17,765 nucleotides of DNA from an archaeon (GCA_035387745.1 DAOOON010000009.1:1-17765); one strand, 5' to 3'; shown: positions 1 to 9,000, counted from the first letter of the stretch. A program made the numbers and translations. The notes: generated by a model from the letters alone, not told the origin.

Positions 1-57
1 TTTAACAACATATTTTGTAGTCATAATAATAATAGTACCAAAAACAGTATTTAAGTG

Positions 58-69
58 TTTCGGGGGTAG
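58..69. repeat. Left copy of exact 12-bp direct repeat TTTCGGGGGTAG flanking the RhuM-family gene
   Basis: The identical 12-mer occurs at 58-69 and 1178-1189 in the same orientation. It is a G+C-rich word in an AT-rich background. This copy lies 11 nt beyond the stop codon (81-83) of the minus-strand CDS. Confidence 0.6.
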
Positions 70-80
70 CTACTCTTTTT

Positions 81-1118
81 TTATTTCTTTTTCTGAGTGT
101 TTTTAGTAATGTCTTTTGTTTTCTCAAGTAGTTTATCAAAATCAGATTTAAAAAGTCTGTCTTGAACCACTCTATATTTTTCAAATTCCGATTCTGCATG
201 TTGTTTAGCAATCTCTTGAGTAATACTTCCAGCATTTTTTAATAATTCCCTTTCATCAAATTTTAAAAAAGCATCTAGTCTCTTAGACCAATCTTCCATG
301 CTCATAGGTATTTTTCGTTTAGCCCTATCTTCTGCTAAATCAAGATACGCAGACACAATTCTACTTAAAGACTCTAGTTCTTCTTTTTTAAGATAATTTT
401 TAGCAACACTTACATCTGTTTTTATTATTTTTCCAGTAGGTGCATTCTTCCAAGAAGTTAAGCCCATATTTTCTTTTTTAGCATCTGCTCTTTTTATTAT
501 TAACTCAGGAGCAGTATTTTGATGTATTGCAAAATGCAATTTATTTTGAACTTTTGAAAAAAAATCTCTAGTAGTTTTTGCACTTTTATCATAATCTACA
601 CTTGTAGAATAGATGTCTGTAATTTTCTGATAAAAATTTCTTTCACTAAGTCTAATCTCTCTAATTTCATCTAGTAATTCATTAAAATAATTTTTATTAA
701 AAAAAGAGCCATTTTCTAATCTTTTTCTATCCAAGACATATCCTTTTATTGCAAATTGTTTTAGAATCTTTGTAGCCCAGATTCTAAACTGTGTTGCCTT
801 TTTCGAATTAACCCTGTAGCCAACAGAAATAATTGCATCCAGATTATAAAATTTAGTTAAATATTTTTTTCCATCATTAGCAGTATGTTCCAAAATGGAA
901 CTAACTGATTCTTCAACAAGTTCCTGATTTTCAAATATATTTTTAAGATGTTTAGTAATTGCTGGCCTTTGTACTCCAAACAACAAAGCAATTTTATCCT
1001 GAGTAAGCCACACATTTTCATTATGCAAAAATATTTCGATTTTTACATCTCCTGTAGGAGTTGTATAAAATAAAAACTCATTAGAAGAACTATCTTTAAT
1101 AATTTCTTTATTTTTCAT
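81..1118 (-). CDS. RhuM-family protein (virulence protein RhuM-like)
   Basis: The track ORF 81..1133 begins at a TTG (1131-1133). An ATG five codons in (1116-1118), preceded by GTGAT, is the likelier start. The protein carries the conserved RhuM-family core I recognise: VWLTQDKIALLFGVQRPAITKHLKNIFENQEL ... DGKKYLTKFYNLDAIISVGYRVNSKKATQFRIWATKILKQFAIKGYVLD. Confidence 0.85.
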   Translation of the reverse strand: MKNKEIIKDSSSNEFLFYTTPTGDVKIEIFLHNENVWLTQDKIALLFGVQRPAITKHLKNIFENQELVEESVSSILEHTANDGKKYLTKFYNLDAIISVGYRVNSKKATQFRIWATKILKQFAIKGYVLDRKRLENGSFFNKNYFNELLDEIREIRLSERNFYQKITDIYSTSVDYDKSAKTTRDFFSKVQNKLHFAIHQNTAPELIIKRADAKKENMGLTSWKNAPTGKIIKTDVSVAKNYLKKEELESLSRIVSAYLDLAEDRAKRKIPMSMEDWSKRLDAFLKFDERELLKNAGSITQEIAKQHAESEFEKYRVVQDRLFKSDFDKLLEKTKDITKNTQKKK

Positions 1119-1177
1119 ATTTATCACAGGCAATTACATTTAACTATAAATATATTAAATTTAGTACTTTAAAAAAC

Positions 1178-1189
1178 TTTCGGGGGTAG
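1178..1189. repeat. Right copy of exact 12-bp direct repeat TTTCGGGGGTAG
   Basis: Same 12-mer as 58-69. It lies 59 nt upstream of the RhuM ATG (1118), inside the divergent intergenic region shared with the symporter gene. Confidence 0.6.
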
Positions 1190-1258
1190 GTGTCCAATGA
1201 AGTAAAACCTTTTTAAATTCTTTTGTTGTCTGTTTATTTATAAAATGGATTTGATATA

Positions 1259-2623
1259 ATGAATATAATTTTAATAATCGTAATTGTTTATTTTGTGTTA
1301 ATGCTTGGGGTTGCATGGTATTTTTCCAGAAAAGAAAACATTGAAACTTATTTTTTAAATAATAAAAAAACAGGTTTGTGGTTGATGGTTTTCTCAAACG
1401 TAGCAACATTAATTGGGGCGGGCGCCGTAGTTGCAATGGTTTCTGAAGGTTACAATTCAGGTATTTCTTATGGACTAGCATCAATTGTTCTTTCTATTGT
1501 AGGAATGATAATTTTAGCAATATTTGCAAAAAGATTAAGACAATATAGTGAGAATAATAATATTTATTCGATTGCAGATTTTTATGAAAAAAGATTTGGA
1601 CCAAATAATAAAAAGCTTCTAACAATCCTACAACCAATTTTAATGATTATTTGGGTTGCAGTTCAAGTTATTGCAATTTCAGCAATGGCTAGTTTTTTAA
1701 TTGGAATAAATTCCACTCTTGCGATTATTCTTGCGGTTGGGATTACAATAATTTATACAACCCTAGGTGGATTGAAAATAGATATTATCTCTGATTGCAT
1801 ACAATTCTGGATGATTTTAATAATTTTAATTGCAATTGCAATATTTGGATATTTTCAAATTGGGGGATTAAATCAATTAGTACTATCAGTTCCAAAAGGT
1901 CATTTGAATCCATTTGCTTTTGGTGGATTAAGTTGGTTTATTGGAATGGTTTTATTTAGTGGTTTTATGTATTTGGGAAATGGAGCGCATTGGCAAAGAA
2001 TTTTGTCTGCAAAAAATTCAGATGTTGCAAAGAAATCTTATTATTATTCAATACCATTTATGATAATAATAAGCGTAATTATTATTTTTTTAGGATTATT
2101 AGCCGCAGTTATTTTATCTAATATAAACCAAGATCAGGCAATATATTTATTAATGTATAAAACTTTACCGGTATGGATGGTTGGGTTAGGATTTGCAGCA
2201 ATACTTGCAGTAGTAACTTCATCAATTGATAGTTTAATGATTGGAGGGTCTACAATAATTTATAAACAATTTTTTAGTACAAAAGAAAAGAATAATCTTT
2301 TGTACGCAAGATTAATAACTGTTCTTTTTGGAATAATTAGTGGAGTTATTGCTTTTATTATTCCAAGTATAATCAAATTATCTCTTTTTGTTTCATATAT
2401 GGCATTAATGTTCGTACCATCAGTTATTGCAGGTTTCGTTTCTAAGAAAACATCTGGGAAAGCAAGCTTCTATTCTATATTGCTTTCGGTAATTTGTTTA
2501 TCTGGTTTATATTTCTTTACAAGTTACAGCAAATCCAGTTTTATACTTGGGCTACTAATTGCAGTAATTACAATTTTATTTTATGATAAAGTTTTCAAAA
2601 AGGACGCAAATAAAGCTTTTTAA
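1259..2623 (+). CDS. Sodium:solute symporter family (SSF) transporter, substrate unknown
   Basis: 454-aa ORF that is hydrophobic throughout, with roughly 12-13 membrane segments. The N-terminal ETYFLNNKK...SNVATLIGAGAVV...GYNSGIS and mid-protein GGLKIDIISDCIQ regions resemble SSF signature regions. Confidence 0.8.
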   Translation: MNIILIIVIVYFVLMLGVAWYFSRKENIETYFLNNKKTGLWLMVFSNVATLIGAGAVVAMVSEGYNSGISYGLASIVLSIVGMIILAIFAKRLRQYSENNNIYSIADFYEKRFGPNNKKLLTILQPILMIIWVAVQVIAISAMASFLIGINSTLAIILAVGITIIYTTLGGLKIDIISDCIQFWMILIILIAIAIFGYFQIGGLNQLVLSVPKGHLNPFAFGGLSWFIGMVLFSGFMYLGNGAHWQRILSAKNSDVAKKSYYYSIPFMIIISVIIIFLGLLAAVILSNINQDQAIYLLMYKTLPVWMVGLGFAAILAVVTSSIDSLMIGGSTIIYKQFFSTKEKNNLLYARLITVLFGIISGVIAFIIPSIIKLSLFVSYMALMFVPSVIAGFVSKKTSGKASFYSILLSVICLSGLYFFTSYSKSSFILGLLIAVITILFYDKVFKKDANKAF

Positions 2624-2646
2624 ATTCTTTTATTCTTTGTTAATTT

Positions 2647-3471
2647 ATGACTATACAGTTAAAACAATTTACTCCAGGAAAAGGAGCAATCTATTATTTT
2701 TCAGGAACTGGTAATACCGCTTTTGTGGCTTTCGAGTTTCAAGAAAACTATAAAAAAGCAAATGTTTCTGTTGATCTCTTCAAAATAGAAAATACAGATA
2801 TTGTTTCAAGTCAAGGCAAGTATGATTTTCTAATGCTTGGCTTTCCAGTATATGCTTTTTATCCGCCAGATCTAGTTGTTGATTTTGTAAAAAAGTTGCC
2901 AGAAGTAAAAGATAAGCCTGTTATTCTTTTTGCAACAGCAGGAATAACAACAGGTATAAGCTTTAATGTTCTTGAAAATATTCTTAAGAATAAAAACTAC
3001 AACGTTATTTCTAATTTTGCATATATTATGCCAGACAACGCCTATTTTGTTTTTAGAAAAGACACAGACAAAGATGAGCAGATTGAGTTATCTCTAAATA
3101 ACACAATAGGGAAAATCAATCAAGATTTTGATATTCTAATTTCTGGCAAATCTAAGTTTAAAAAAGCAAATGTCTTTTGGTCTTTGTTTGCCCCATTAAC
3201 TAAGTTTTTCTTTTTTAAAATTCTTCAACCAAAGAAAAATCGTTTCGTATGGGACAGAGAAGCCTGTAACTATTGTGGGCTTTGTGCAAAGATTTGCCCA
3301 ACAAAGAACATAACAATAAAGAAAGAGAAAGGCAAAGTAATCTTTGGTAACAACTGCATGTTCTGTACAAGATGTTATCATTTCTGTCCACAAAAGGCAA
3401 TACACAACAAGTCCATAAACAGAACAAAAAAATACAGAAGATATACAAGACTAAAGAATGAAATAATTTGA
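2647..3471 (+). CDS. Flavodoxin-like domain fused to 2x[4Fe-4S] ferredoxin domain (EFR1-family-like)
   Basis: 274 aa. The N-terminus has the flavodoxin-like IYYFSGTGNT motif. The C-terminus has two CxxCxxCxxxCP cluster motifs (CNYCGLCAKICP and CMFCTRCYHFCP). It starts 23 nt after the symporter stop. Confidence 0.75.
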   Translation: MTIQLKQFTPGKGAIYYFSGTGNTAFVAFEFQENYKKANVSVDLFKIENTDIVSSQGKYDFLMLGFPVYAFYPPDLVVDFVKKLPEVKDKPVILFATAGITTGISFNVLENILKNKNYNVISNFAYIMPDNAYFVFRKDTDKDEQIELSLNNTIGKINQDFDILISGKSKFKKANVFWSLFAPLTKFFFFKILQPKKNRFVWDREACNYCGLCAKICPTKNITIKKEKGKVIFGNNCMFCTRCYHFCPQKAIHNKSINRTKKYRRYTRLKNEII

Positions 3472-3481
3472 TGGTGAAAAT

Positions 3482-3940
3482 ATGGAAATAATAAACTACA
3501 GCTATGAAGAAATAGAAAAGCTATGTAAAGGCATTTCTAAAAAAATAGAAAACTCAAAATTTAAAGTAGATTACATCCTTGGAGTTTCTGTTGGTGGTCT
3601 AGTTCCTGCAGTAATCTTTGCGCGCCTTTTAAAAACCAAGAAAATAATGAGTGTTTCTATTTCTTCTTACGAGAAAAAAAAGCAAAAAGAGCTAAAGCTG
3701 TTGATTGCCCCAGACAAATCTCTTCTTAAAGGCAAGAATGTTTTGATTGTCGATGATATCTGCGATTCTGGTAATACCCTTATATTTTTAGAAAATCTTT
3801 TAAAGACATACAAAGTAAAGTGCATAAGGTGTGCAACAATTTTTCTAAACAAAGAGCATCACAAAATTACTCCAGAATATTATGGTAAAGTTGTAACCAA
3901 GTGGATTGATTTTCCCTGGGATAAGTTTGAAAAGGAATAA
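3482..3940 (+). CDS. gpt: Xanthine-guanine phosphoribosyltransferase-like type I PRTase
   Basis: 152 aa with the PRPP-binding loop VLIVDDICDSGNTL. It is collinear with E. coli Gpt as I recall it (GVSVGGLVPA, SISSYEKKKQKELKLL, C-terminal KWIDFPWD) and has the same length. GGTGA lies 4 nt upstream of the ATG. Confidence 0.8.
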   Translation: MEIINYSYEEIEKLCKGISKKIENSKFKVDYILGVSVGGLVPAVIFARLLKTKKIMSVSISSYEKKKQKELKLLIAPDKSLLKGKNVLIVDDICDSGNTLIFLENLLKTYKVKCIRCATIFLNKEHHKITPEYYGKVVTKWIDFPWDKFEKE

Positions 3941-3943
3941 ATA

Positions 3944-6475
3944 ATGTTAAAAAGAAATTATGTCTTGTTATTTCTAATATTTTCAATATTAATCTTTCCA
4001 ACGATTTCTGCAAAGTCTTTTGCAATAACAAATTATGATATCAATTATACTCTTGAGCAATCCGGGATAGTTTCTGTTTCTGAAAAGTTAGATTATAAGT
4101 TGTCTGGCTGTTATAGAGAGCTATTTCTTCAAAGGCCAAATCTAGAAATTCTAAATCCAAGCGGCTATTGCCAAGGCGCAGCTTGCTCCTTTGAATACAA
4201 GCAAACAAACACAGAATCTGGAGACCCCGAATTAATACTAAAGGGCAATTTTTGTGATATAACAGTTACTGCAAATTTTAATTATAATCTCGTTCATCAG
4301 ATTAGGGCTTTAGAAGACGGAACACAATTCTATTATCAAGTTTATCCAGGAAAGACAAGCGTTTCGACAAACACCAAAATTTCAATTTCTTTTCCAGGAG
4401 ATTTAAATCAAACAACGCGGTTTATTCATTCTAGAAACTATCAATCATCGGCAACGGAAAGCAAGTTAACAATTTCAAAATCTGTTGCAGCATATGAGAT
4501 AATTGAAGTAAACATTCTAATGCCAAAGGCCTGGTTTATAGAAGATAATCTTTATCGTTATAAAGATGTAAATTATACACAAGTCCAGATAATACAACAA
4601 GAACAAAATTGGCAAGAGGAATATGATAAATATAATCAAAATCAATCAATAACTTCATCAAGGATGAAATACGCAATTAATAATTACGACATAAATTATA
4701 TTTTAAACACCTCAGGAATTATCGAAGTTTCAGAAAAAATAGATTATACTGTAAACGATTGTTTAACACAATTATCTATTCAAAGACCAAATGATATTAC
4801 GAATCCATCAGGTTATTGTGTTGGTGCAACTTGTAATTTTTCTTATAAAACTAAAAATACATTGTCGGGATATCCCGAGTTAATATTAGATGGAAATTTT
4901 TGTAATATAAATGTTACTGCTTATTTTAATTATAATTTAGAAAAAGAGATATCAGGATTGTTAGATGGCACACAATTACGTTTTGATATATATCGTAATA
5001 AAATGGGGGTGCCTACAAATATTAACATTTCTATGTTTTTCCCTGGAGATGCAAATAAGGTTACAACTTTTTTTTACCCTTCAGATTATCTTGCCAAAAC
5101 AGATGGAAATGTTTTATTGTATGAGCGGGCAGTAAATGAATTTGATACTGTATATCTTCTGGCAGTAATGCCAAAAGAATGGTTTGATCAGAATAACATT
5201 TATTATCAATCTAATTACACTGTTTCTCAAATAATAGAGGCAGAGGAACAAAAATTAAAACTGCAGGAAGAACAAAGATTAAAAATCGAAGAAGCAAGAT
5301 TGAAACAAATAGAAGAACAAAGGTTAATTCTTGAAGAACAAAGATTAAACCAATATAGCAAAGTCAACCAAAATTTTATGCCGGGCATAAAATCACAAGA
5401 ACCAAACACTGATTGGTTATTAAATTTCTTATTGTATAGTGGGATTTTAGTAGTTATATTACTAATTATCTGGTTCATATTTGGAAGAGATTATTCTCCA
5501 GAACAAGTAAATTATCTTGGGATATATGAAAGAGATTTACCGGGCGATGATGATCCATTAAAGGCCCATTATTTAATTACCGGTGAATTTTCAAAAGATT
5601 GGTTTTCTTCTGCGATCTTGTATTTAGTATGGAAAAAACAATATAATCTAGAAAAAAGAAAAGACAATTATTTTTTAATAAGAAATAAATCAATAAAATT
5701 GGGAAATTTACCAAGTTATATAATGAAGATAGATAAATTTCTTAATAAACATTATCCTGAAGGAGAAATCGATTTAGATTTATTAAAAAAAAGATTAAAA
5801 AGTCAATCTCTCTTTTCAGAAGATTATAGACAAAATTATAAAAAAATAATTGCTCAAGGTTATGATTTTACTGTACTATATCAAAAGATATATACAGAAT
5901 ATGACAGTTGGTTTAATAAAAAAAGCAAATTATTTGATCAAAAAGGATATATAATTGCAACATCTATTTTTAGTATATTTATTGTTTTTTCATTCTTTTT
6001 TAATAGCGCAATATTTGTCATGTCTATTATAGTAACAATTCTTGGTTCAGTAATATTATTGTTAATTCCACGCCTTTTTAAATTTAGATTAATATTTGGG
6101 AAATTTTCAAAAGAGGGCAGAATAAAAAATCTTCAATGGACTAATTTCAAAAAGTATATTACTGATTTTTCTTTAATGAGAGCGCACCCTCCACAACATG
6201 TTATTCTTTGGGAAGAATATATGGTTTATGCAACTGCTTTTGGAGTCGCTAAAAAAACCTCTAAAGTTTTAGAAATAGTTATGCCACAAGAAATTAGATC
6301 CAATCAGATGGTTGCCACTTATTCGGGGTTTTCATCTATATCCTCTGATTTCTCAGGAGTTGGTGGTTTTTCTGGTTCAGGGGGTTCTGCTGGTGGTGGC
6401 GGAGGCTTTGGCGGCGGTGGCGGCGGAGGCTTTGGCGGTGGTGGTGGAGGCGGCGGTGGCGCCGGTGCTCGCTAA
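3944..6475 (+). CDS. DUF2207-family membrane protein with tandemly duplicated ectodomain, coiled-coil spacer and poly-Gly tail
   Basis: 843 aa with a signal-peptide-like N-terminus (LLFLIFSILIFPTISAKS). It has two homologous ~190-aa ectodomain copies, an EEQRL repeat and a TM segment (LLYSGILVVILLIIWFIFG). Two further TM segments follow, then the conserved block NLQWTNFKKYITDFS...ILWEEYMVYATAFGVA and a GGGGFGGGG tail typical of DUF2207 proteins. The start is 3 nt after the gpt-like stop, with AAGGA upstream. Confidence 0.85.
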   Translation: MLKRNYVLLFLIFSILIFPTISAKSFAITNYDINYTLEQSGIVSVSEKLDYKLSGCYRELFLQRPNLEILNPSGYCQGAACSFEYKQTNTESGDPELILKGNFCDITVTANFNYNLVHQIRALEDGTQFYYQVYPGKTSVSTNTKISISFPGDLNQTTRFIHSRNYQSSATESKLTISKSVAAYEIIEVNILMPKAWFIEDNLYRYKDVNYTQVQIIQQEQNWQEEYDKYNQNQSITSSRMKYAINNYDINYILNTSGIIEVSEKIDYTVNDCLTQLSIQRPNDITNPSGYCVGATCNFSYKTKNTLSGYPELILDGNFCNINVTAYFNYNLEKEISGLLDGTQLRFDIYRNKMGVPTNINISMFFPGDANKVTTFFYPSDYLAKTDGNVLLYERAVNEFDTVYLLAVMPKEWFDQNNIYYQSNYTVSQIIEAEEQKLKLQEEQRLKIEEARLKQIEEQRLILEEQRLNQYSKVNQNFMPGIKSQEPNTDWLLNFLLYSGILVVILLIIWFIFGRDYSPEQVNYLGIYERDLPGDDDPLKAHYLITGEFSKDWFSSAILYLVWKKQYNLEKRKDNYFLIRNKSIKLGNLPSYIMKIDKFLNKHYPEGEIDLDLLKKRLKSQSLFSEDYRQNYKKIIAQGYDFTVLYQKIYTEYDSWFNKKSKLFDQKGYIIATSIFSIFIVFSFFFNSAIFVMSIIVTILGSVILLLIPRLFKFRLIFGKFSKEGRIKNLQWTNFKKYITDFSLMRAHPPQHVILWEEYMVYATAFGVAKKTSKVLEIVMPQEIRSNQMVATYSGFSSISSDFSGVGGFSGSGGSAGGGGGFGGGGGGGFGGGGGGGGGAGAR
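4019..4606 (+). repeat. DUF2207 ectodomain copy 1 (intragenic tandem duplication)
   Basis: FAITNYDINYTLEQSGIVSVSEKLDY...PSGYCQGAACSFEYK...GNFCDITVTANFNYNL...DGTQ...FPGD aligns collinearly with copy 2, at roughly half identical residues by eye, and all 4 Cys are conserved. Confidence 0.85.
4670..5247 (+). repeat. DUF2207 ectodomain copy 2 (intragenic tandem duplication)
   Basis: YAINNYDINYILNTSGIIEVSEKIDY...PSGYCVGATCNFSYK...GNFCNINVTAYFNYNL...DGTQ...FPGD. The copies differ heavily at synonymous sites, so the duplication is old. Confidence 0.85.
5237..5353 (+). repeat. Heptad-like EEQRL coding repeat (predicted coiled coil) inside the DUF2207 gene
   Basis: The translation is EAEEQKLKLQ EEQRLKI EEARLKQI EEQRLIL EEQRLNQ. 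A 17-nt exact DNA repeat GAAGAACAAAGATTAAA occurs at 5267-5283 and 5333-5349. Confidence 0.8.
6356..6472 (+). repeat. G+C-rich poly-glycine coding tract (C-terminal tail of DUF2207 protein)
   Basis: It encodes GVGGFSGSGGSAGGGGGFGGGGGGGFGGGGGGGGGAGAR. The 17-nt GGCGGAGGCTTTGGCGG occurs at 6398-6414 and 6422-6438 (24-nt period). This is the strongest local G+C spike in the window. Confidence 0.9.
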
Positions 6476-6548
6476 ACCAAATTATTTATAAATCCTTTAT
6501 TCTTATTTATTTCTAAATATATTTATAAAATTAGGAGAAAGAAAAAAC

Positions 6549-8963
6549 ATGGTTTCTAAAGAAAAAAAATTTATAATGTGGTTTGATGAGATTGGAATAG
6601 AGGATATTCCTTATGTTGGAGGTAAGAATGCATCTCTTGGTGAGATGTACCAAAATCTAGGAAAAAAAGGAGTTAAAGTTCCTTTTGGCTTTGCAATCAC
6701 AGCTTATGCTTATAGGTATATTCTTGAGAAATCAGGTCTAAAATCAGAGATTAAGAAAACTCTAAAAGATTTAGATACCCACAACATGGATTCTCTAGCT
6801 GAAAAAGGACACAAAGTTAGACATTTAATAAGACATGCAGATATTCCAAAAGATCTAGAGAAAGAAATCTTTGCAGCTTATGATAAGTTATGTAAAATAG
6901 AAAAAATAAATAATCTAGACGTTGCTGTTCGTTCAAGTGCAACTGCAGAAGATCTTCCTGACGCATCATTTGCTGGACAACAAGAAAGCTATCTTAATAT
7001 TAGAGGAAAAGAGGATTTATTAGAAGCAGTAAGAAAATGCTTTGCTTCTCTTTTTACAAATAGGGCAATATCTTACAGAGAAGACAAGCACTTTGATCAT
7101 TTTAGTATTGCTCTTTCTGTTGTTGTTCAAAGAATGGTTAGAAGTGATTTAGCGTCTTCAGGTATTATGTTTTCAATTGACACAGAAACAGGTTTTAGAG
7201 ATGTTGTAATAATCAATTCAACTTATGGTCTTGGAGAAAACATTGTTCAAGGTGCAGTTAATCCTGATGAGTTTATAATCTTTAAACCAACTTTAAAGCA
7301 AAATAAAAAACCAATAATCTCAAAAGTGCTTGGAGAAAAAGCAATAAGAATGGTTTATGATACACAAGGTAACAAGCCAACCAAAAACCTTTCAGTTGAA
7401 CCAAACGACAGAAACAAGTTTTCAATAACCGATGAACAGGCATTAAAGCTTGCAAAATGGGCTTGCGATATTGAGGATTATTATTCTAAAAAATCAGGAA
7501 AGTTTAAACCGATGGATATGGAATGGGCTCTTGATGGTAAAACAAACGAGTTATTTATTGTTCAAGCAAGGCCAGAAACTGTGCAGTCAAGAAAAGATTT
7601 AAACAGCTACACAACCTACGTCATTAACACAACAGCTAAGCCAGTAGTTGTTGGTAAAAGTGTAGGTCAACAAATCTCAACAGGTAAAGTAAATATTATT
7701 AAAGACGCAAAAGAGATTAATAAATTTAAAAAAGGAGAAATTCTAGTAACAGAAATGACAGACCCTGACTGGGAGCCAATCATGAAGATTGCTTCTGGAA
7801 TAATTACAAACAAAGGTGGAAGAACCTGTCATGCCGCAATAATCTCAAGAGAGCTGGGTATTCCTTGTATTGTAGGGACACTTGATGGGACAACAAAACT
7901 AAAAGCCGGAAAAAACATAACAATGGACTGTTCAAGCGGAGATGCTGGTTTTGTTTATGAAGGCAAAGTTCCATTTACAAAACAAACAGTAGATCTAAAA
8001 GAACTACAAAAAACAAAAACACAATTAATGATGAATGTTGGTAACCCTGAACAAGCTTTCGATTTAAGTTTCTTGCCAAACGAAGGAGTGGGTCTAGCAA
8101 GAGAGGAGTTTATTATCAACTCTTGGATACAGATTCATCCTCTTGCTCTTATCAATTATTCAAAAATAAAAGACGCAGAAACAAAAGAAAAGATTGATGC
8201 TTTAACTGTTGGTTATAAAGACAAGAAACAATTTTTTGTTGATAAACTAGCACAAGGTATTGCAAGAATTGCAGCGGCCTTCTATCCAAAGAAAGTAATT
8301 CTAAGATTATCAGACTTTAAATCAAACGAGTATGCTAACCTTATTGGTGGCAAAGAATATGAACCAGAAGAAAGCAATCCAATGATAGGTTGGAGAGGTG
8401 CTTCAAGATATTACCAAGGAAACTATGTTGCTGGTTTTGCTTTAGAGTGTCAGGCAATTAAAAAAGTTAGAGAAGATTTTGGTTTAACCAATCTAGAATT
8501 AATGGTTCCTTTCTGTAGAACACTTGACGAAGCAAACAAAGTTCTTGCAGAAATGAAAAAGAACGGTCTTGAGAAAGGCAAAAATGGTTTAAAGGTAAAC
8601 TGTATGTGTGAGATTCCATCAAACGTTATTCTTGCAGACAAATTTTTGGAGATCTTTGACGGTTACAGCATTGGAAGTAATGACTTGACACAATTGATTT
8701 TAGGCCTTGATAGAGATTCCGAGTTATTGGGGAATATCTACGACGAAAGAAACGAAGCAGTAAAAAAGATGTTAACAGACGTCATAAAGATAGCAAACAA
8801 GAAAGGCAAATATATTGGTATCTGCGGACAAGCGCCATCTGATTATCCAGAGATGGCAGAATTCCTAGTAAAAGAAGGAATAAAATCCATGAGTCTAAAT
8901 CCAGACACAATTATAAAAACAAGAATGGCAATAGCAAAACTTGAAAAGTCTTTAAAGAAATAA
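6549..8963 (+). CDS. ppsA: Phosphoenolpyruvate synthase (pyruvate, water dikinase)
   Basis: 804 aa. The N-terminus has the ATP-grasp motif WFDEIGIEDIPYVGGKNASLGEM. The phosphohistidine swivel motif GGRTCHAAIISRELGIP places the His codon at 7830-7832. The C-terminus has the PEP-utilising motif SIGSNDLTQLILGLDRDS. AGGAG lies about 10 nt upstream of the ATG. Confidence 0.97.
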   Translation: MVSKEKKFIMWFDEIGIEDIPYVGGKNASLGEMYQNLGKKGVKVPFGFAITAYAYRYILEKSGLKSEIKKTLKDLDTHNMDSLAEKGHKVRHLIRHADIPKDLEKEIFAAYDKLCKIEKINNLDVAVRSSATAEDLPDASFAGQQESYLNIRGKEDLLEAVRKCFASLFTNRAISYREDKHFDHFSIALSVVVQRMVRSDLASSGIMFSIDTETGFRDVVIINSTYGLGENIVQGAVNPDEFIIFKPTLKQNKKPIISKVLGEKAIRMVYDTQGNKPTKNLSVEPNDRNKFSITDEQALKLAKWACDIEDYYSKKSGKFKPMDMEWALDGKTNELFIVQARPETVQSRKDLNSYTTYVINTTAKPVVVGKSVGQQISTGKVNIIKDAKEINKFKKGEILVTEMTDPDWEPIMKIASGIITNKGGRTCHAAIISRELGIPCIVGTLDGTTKLKAGKNITMDCSSGDAGFVYEGKVPFTKQTVDLKELQKTKTQLMMNVGNPEQAFDLSFLPNEGVGLAREEFIINSWIQIHPLALINYSKIKDAETKEKIDALTVGYKDKKQFFVDKLAQGIARIAAAFYPKKVILRLSDFKSNEYANLIGGKEYEPEESNPMIGWRGASRYYQGNYVAGFALECQAIKKVREDFGLTNLELMVPFCRTLDEANKVLAEMKKNGLEKGKNGLKVNCMCEIPSNVILADKFLEIFDGYSIGSNDLTQLILGLDRDSELLGNIYDERNEAVKKMLTDVIKIANKKGKYIGICGQAPSDYPEMAEFLVKEGIKSMSLNPDTIIKTRMAIAKLEKSLKK

Positions 8964-9000
8964 TTTAAATTATTTCTTTTATTTTTTTATTTAGAAAAAT

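Noticed and set aside
2-235. 77-aa minus-strand ORF in the supplied track
   Set aside because: It overlaps the 3' end of the well-supported RhuM-family CDS in another frame. It is low-complexity (YYYYYDY, K/N/L-rich), as expected from AT-rich DNA, and has no recognisable motif.
1252-1260. TGATATAAT, a perfect extended -10-like element
   Set aside because: It overlaps the symporter ATG (1259-1261), so it cannot serve as that gene's promoter. Such words arise readily by chance in AT-rich DNA.
1161-1484. 107-aa minus-strand ORF overlapping the symporter start
   Set aside because: It lies antisense to the strongly hydrophobic SSF transporter N-terminus. It has a basic, low-complexity composition and would leave no promoter space for the RhuM gene.
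5237-5353. Short periodic DNA repeats that might suggest a CRISPR-like or satellite array
   Set aside because: The period is 21-24 nt with no spacers, it lies in frame inside a CDS, and it translates to a clean EEQRL heptad coiled coil. It is a coding repeat.
6356-6472. G+C-rich island as horizontally acquired DNA or a G-quadruplex element
   Set aside because: Poly-Gly (GGN) codons at the end of a DUF2207 protein fully explain it, and such tails are typical of that family. The G runs are mostly 2-3 nt broken by T or C, so they do not form canonical G4 tracts.
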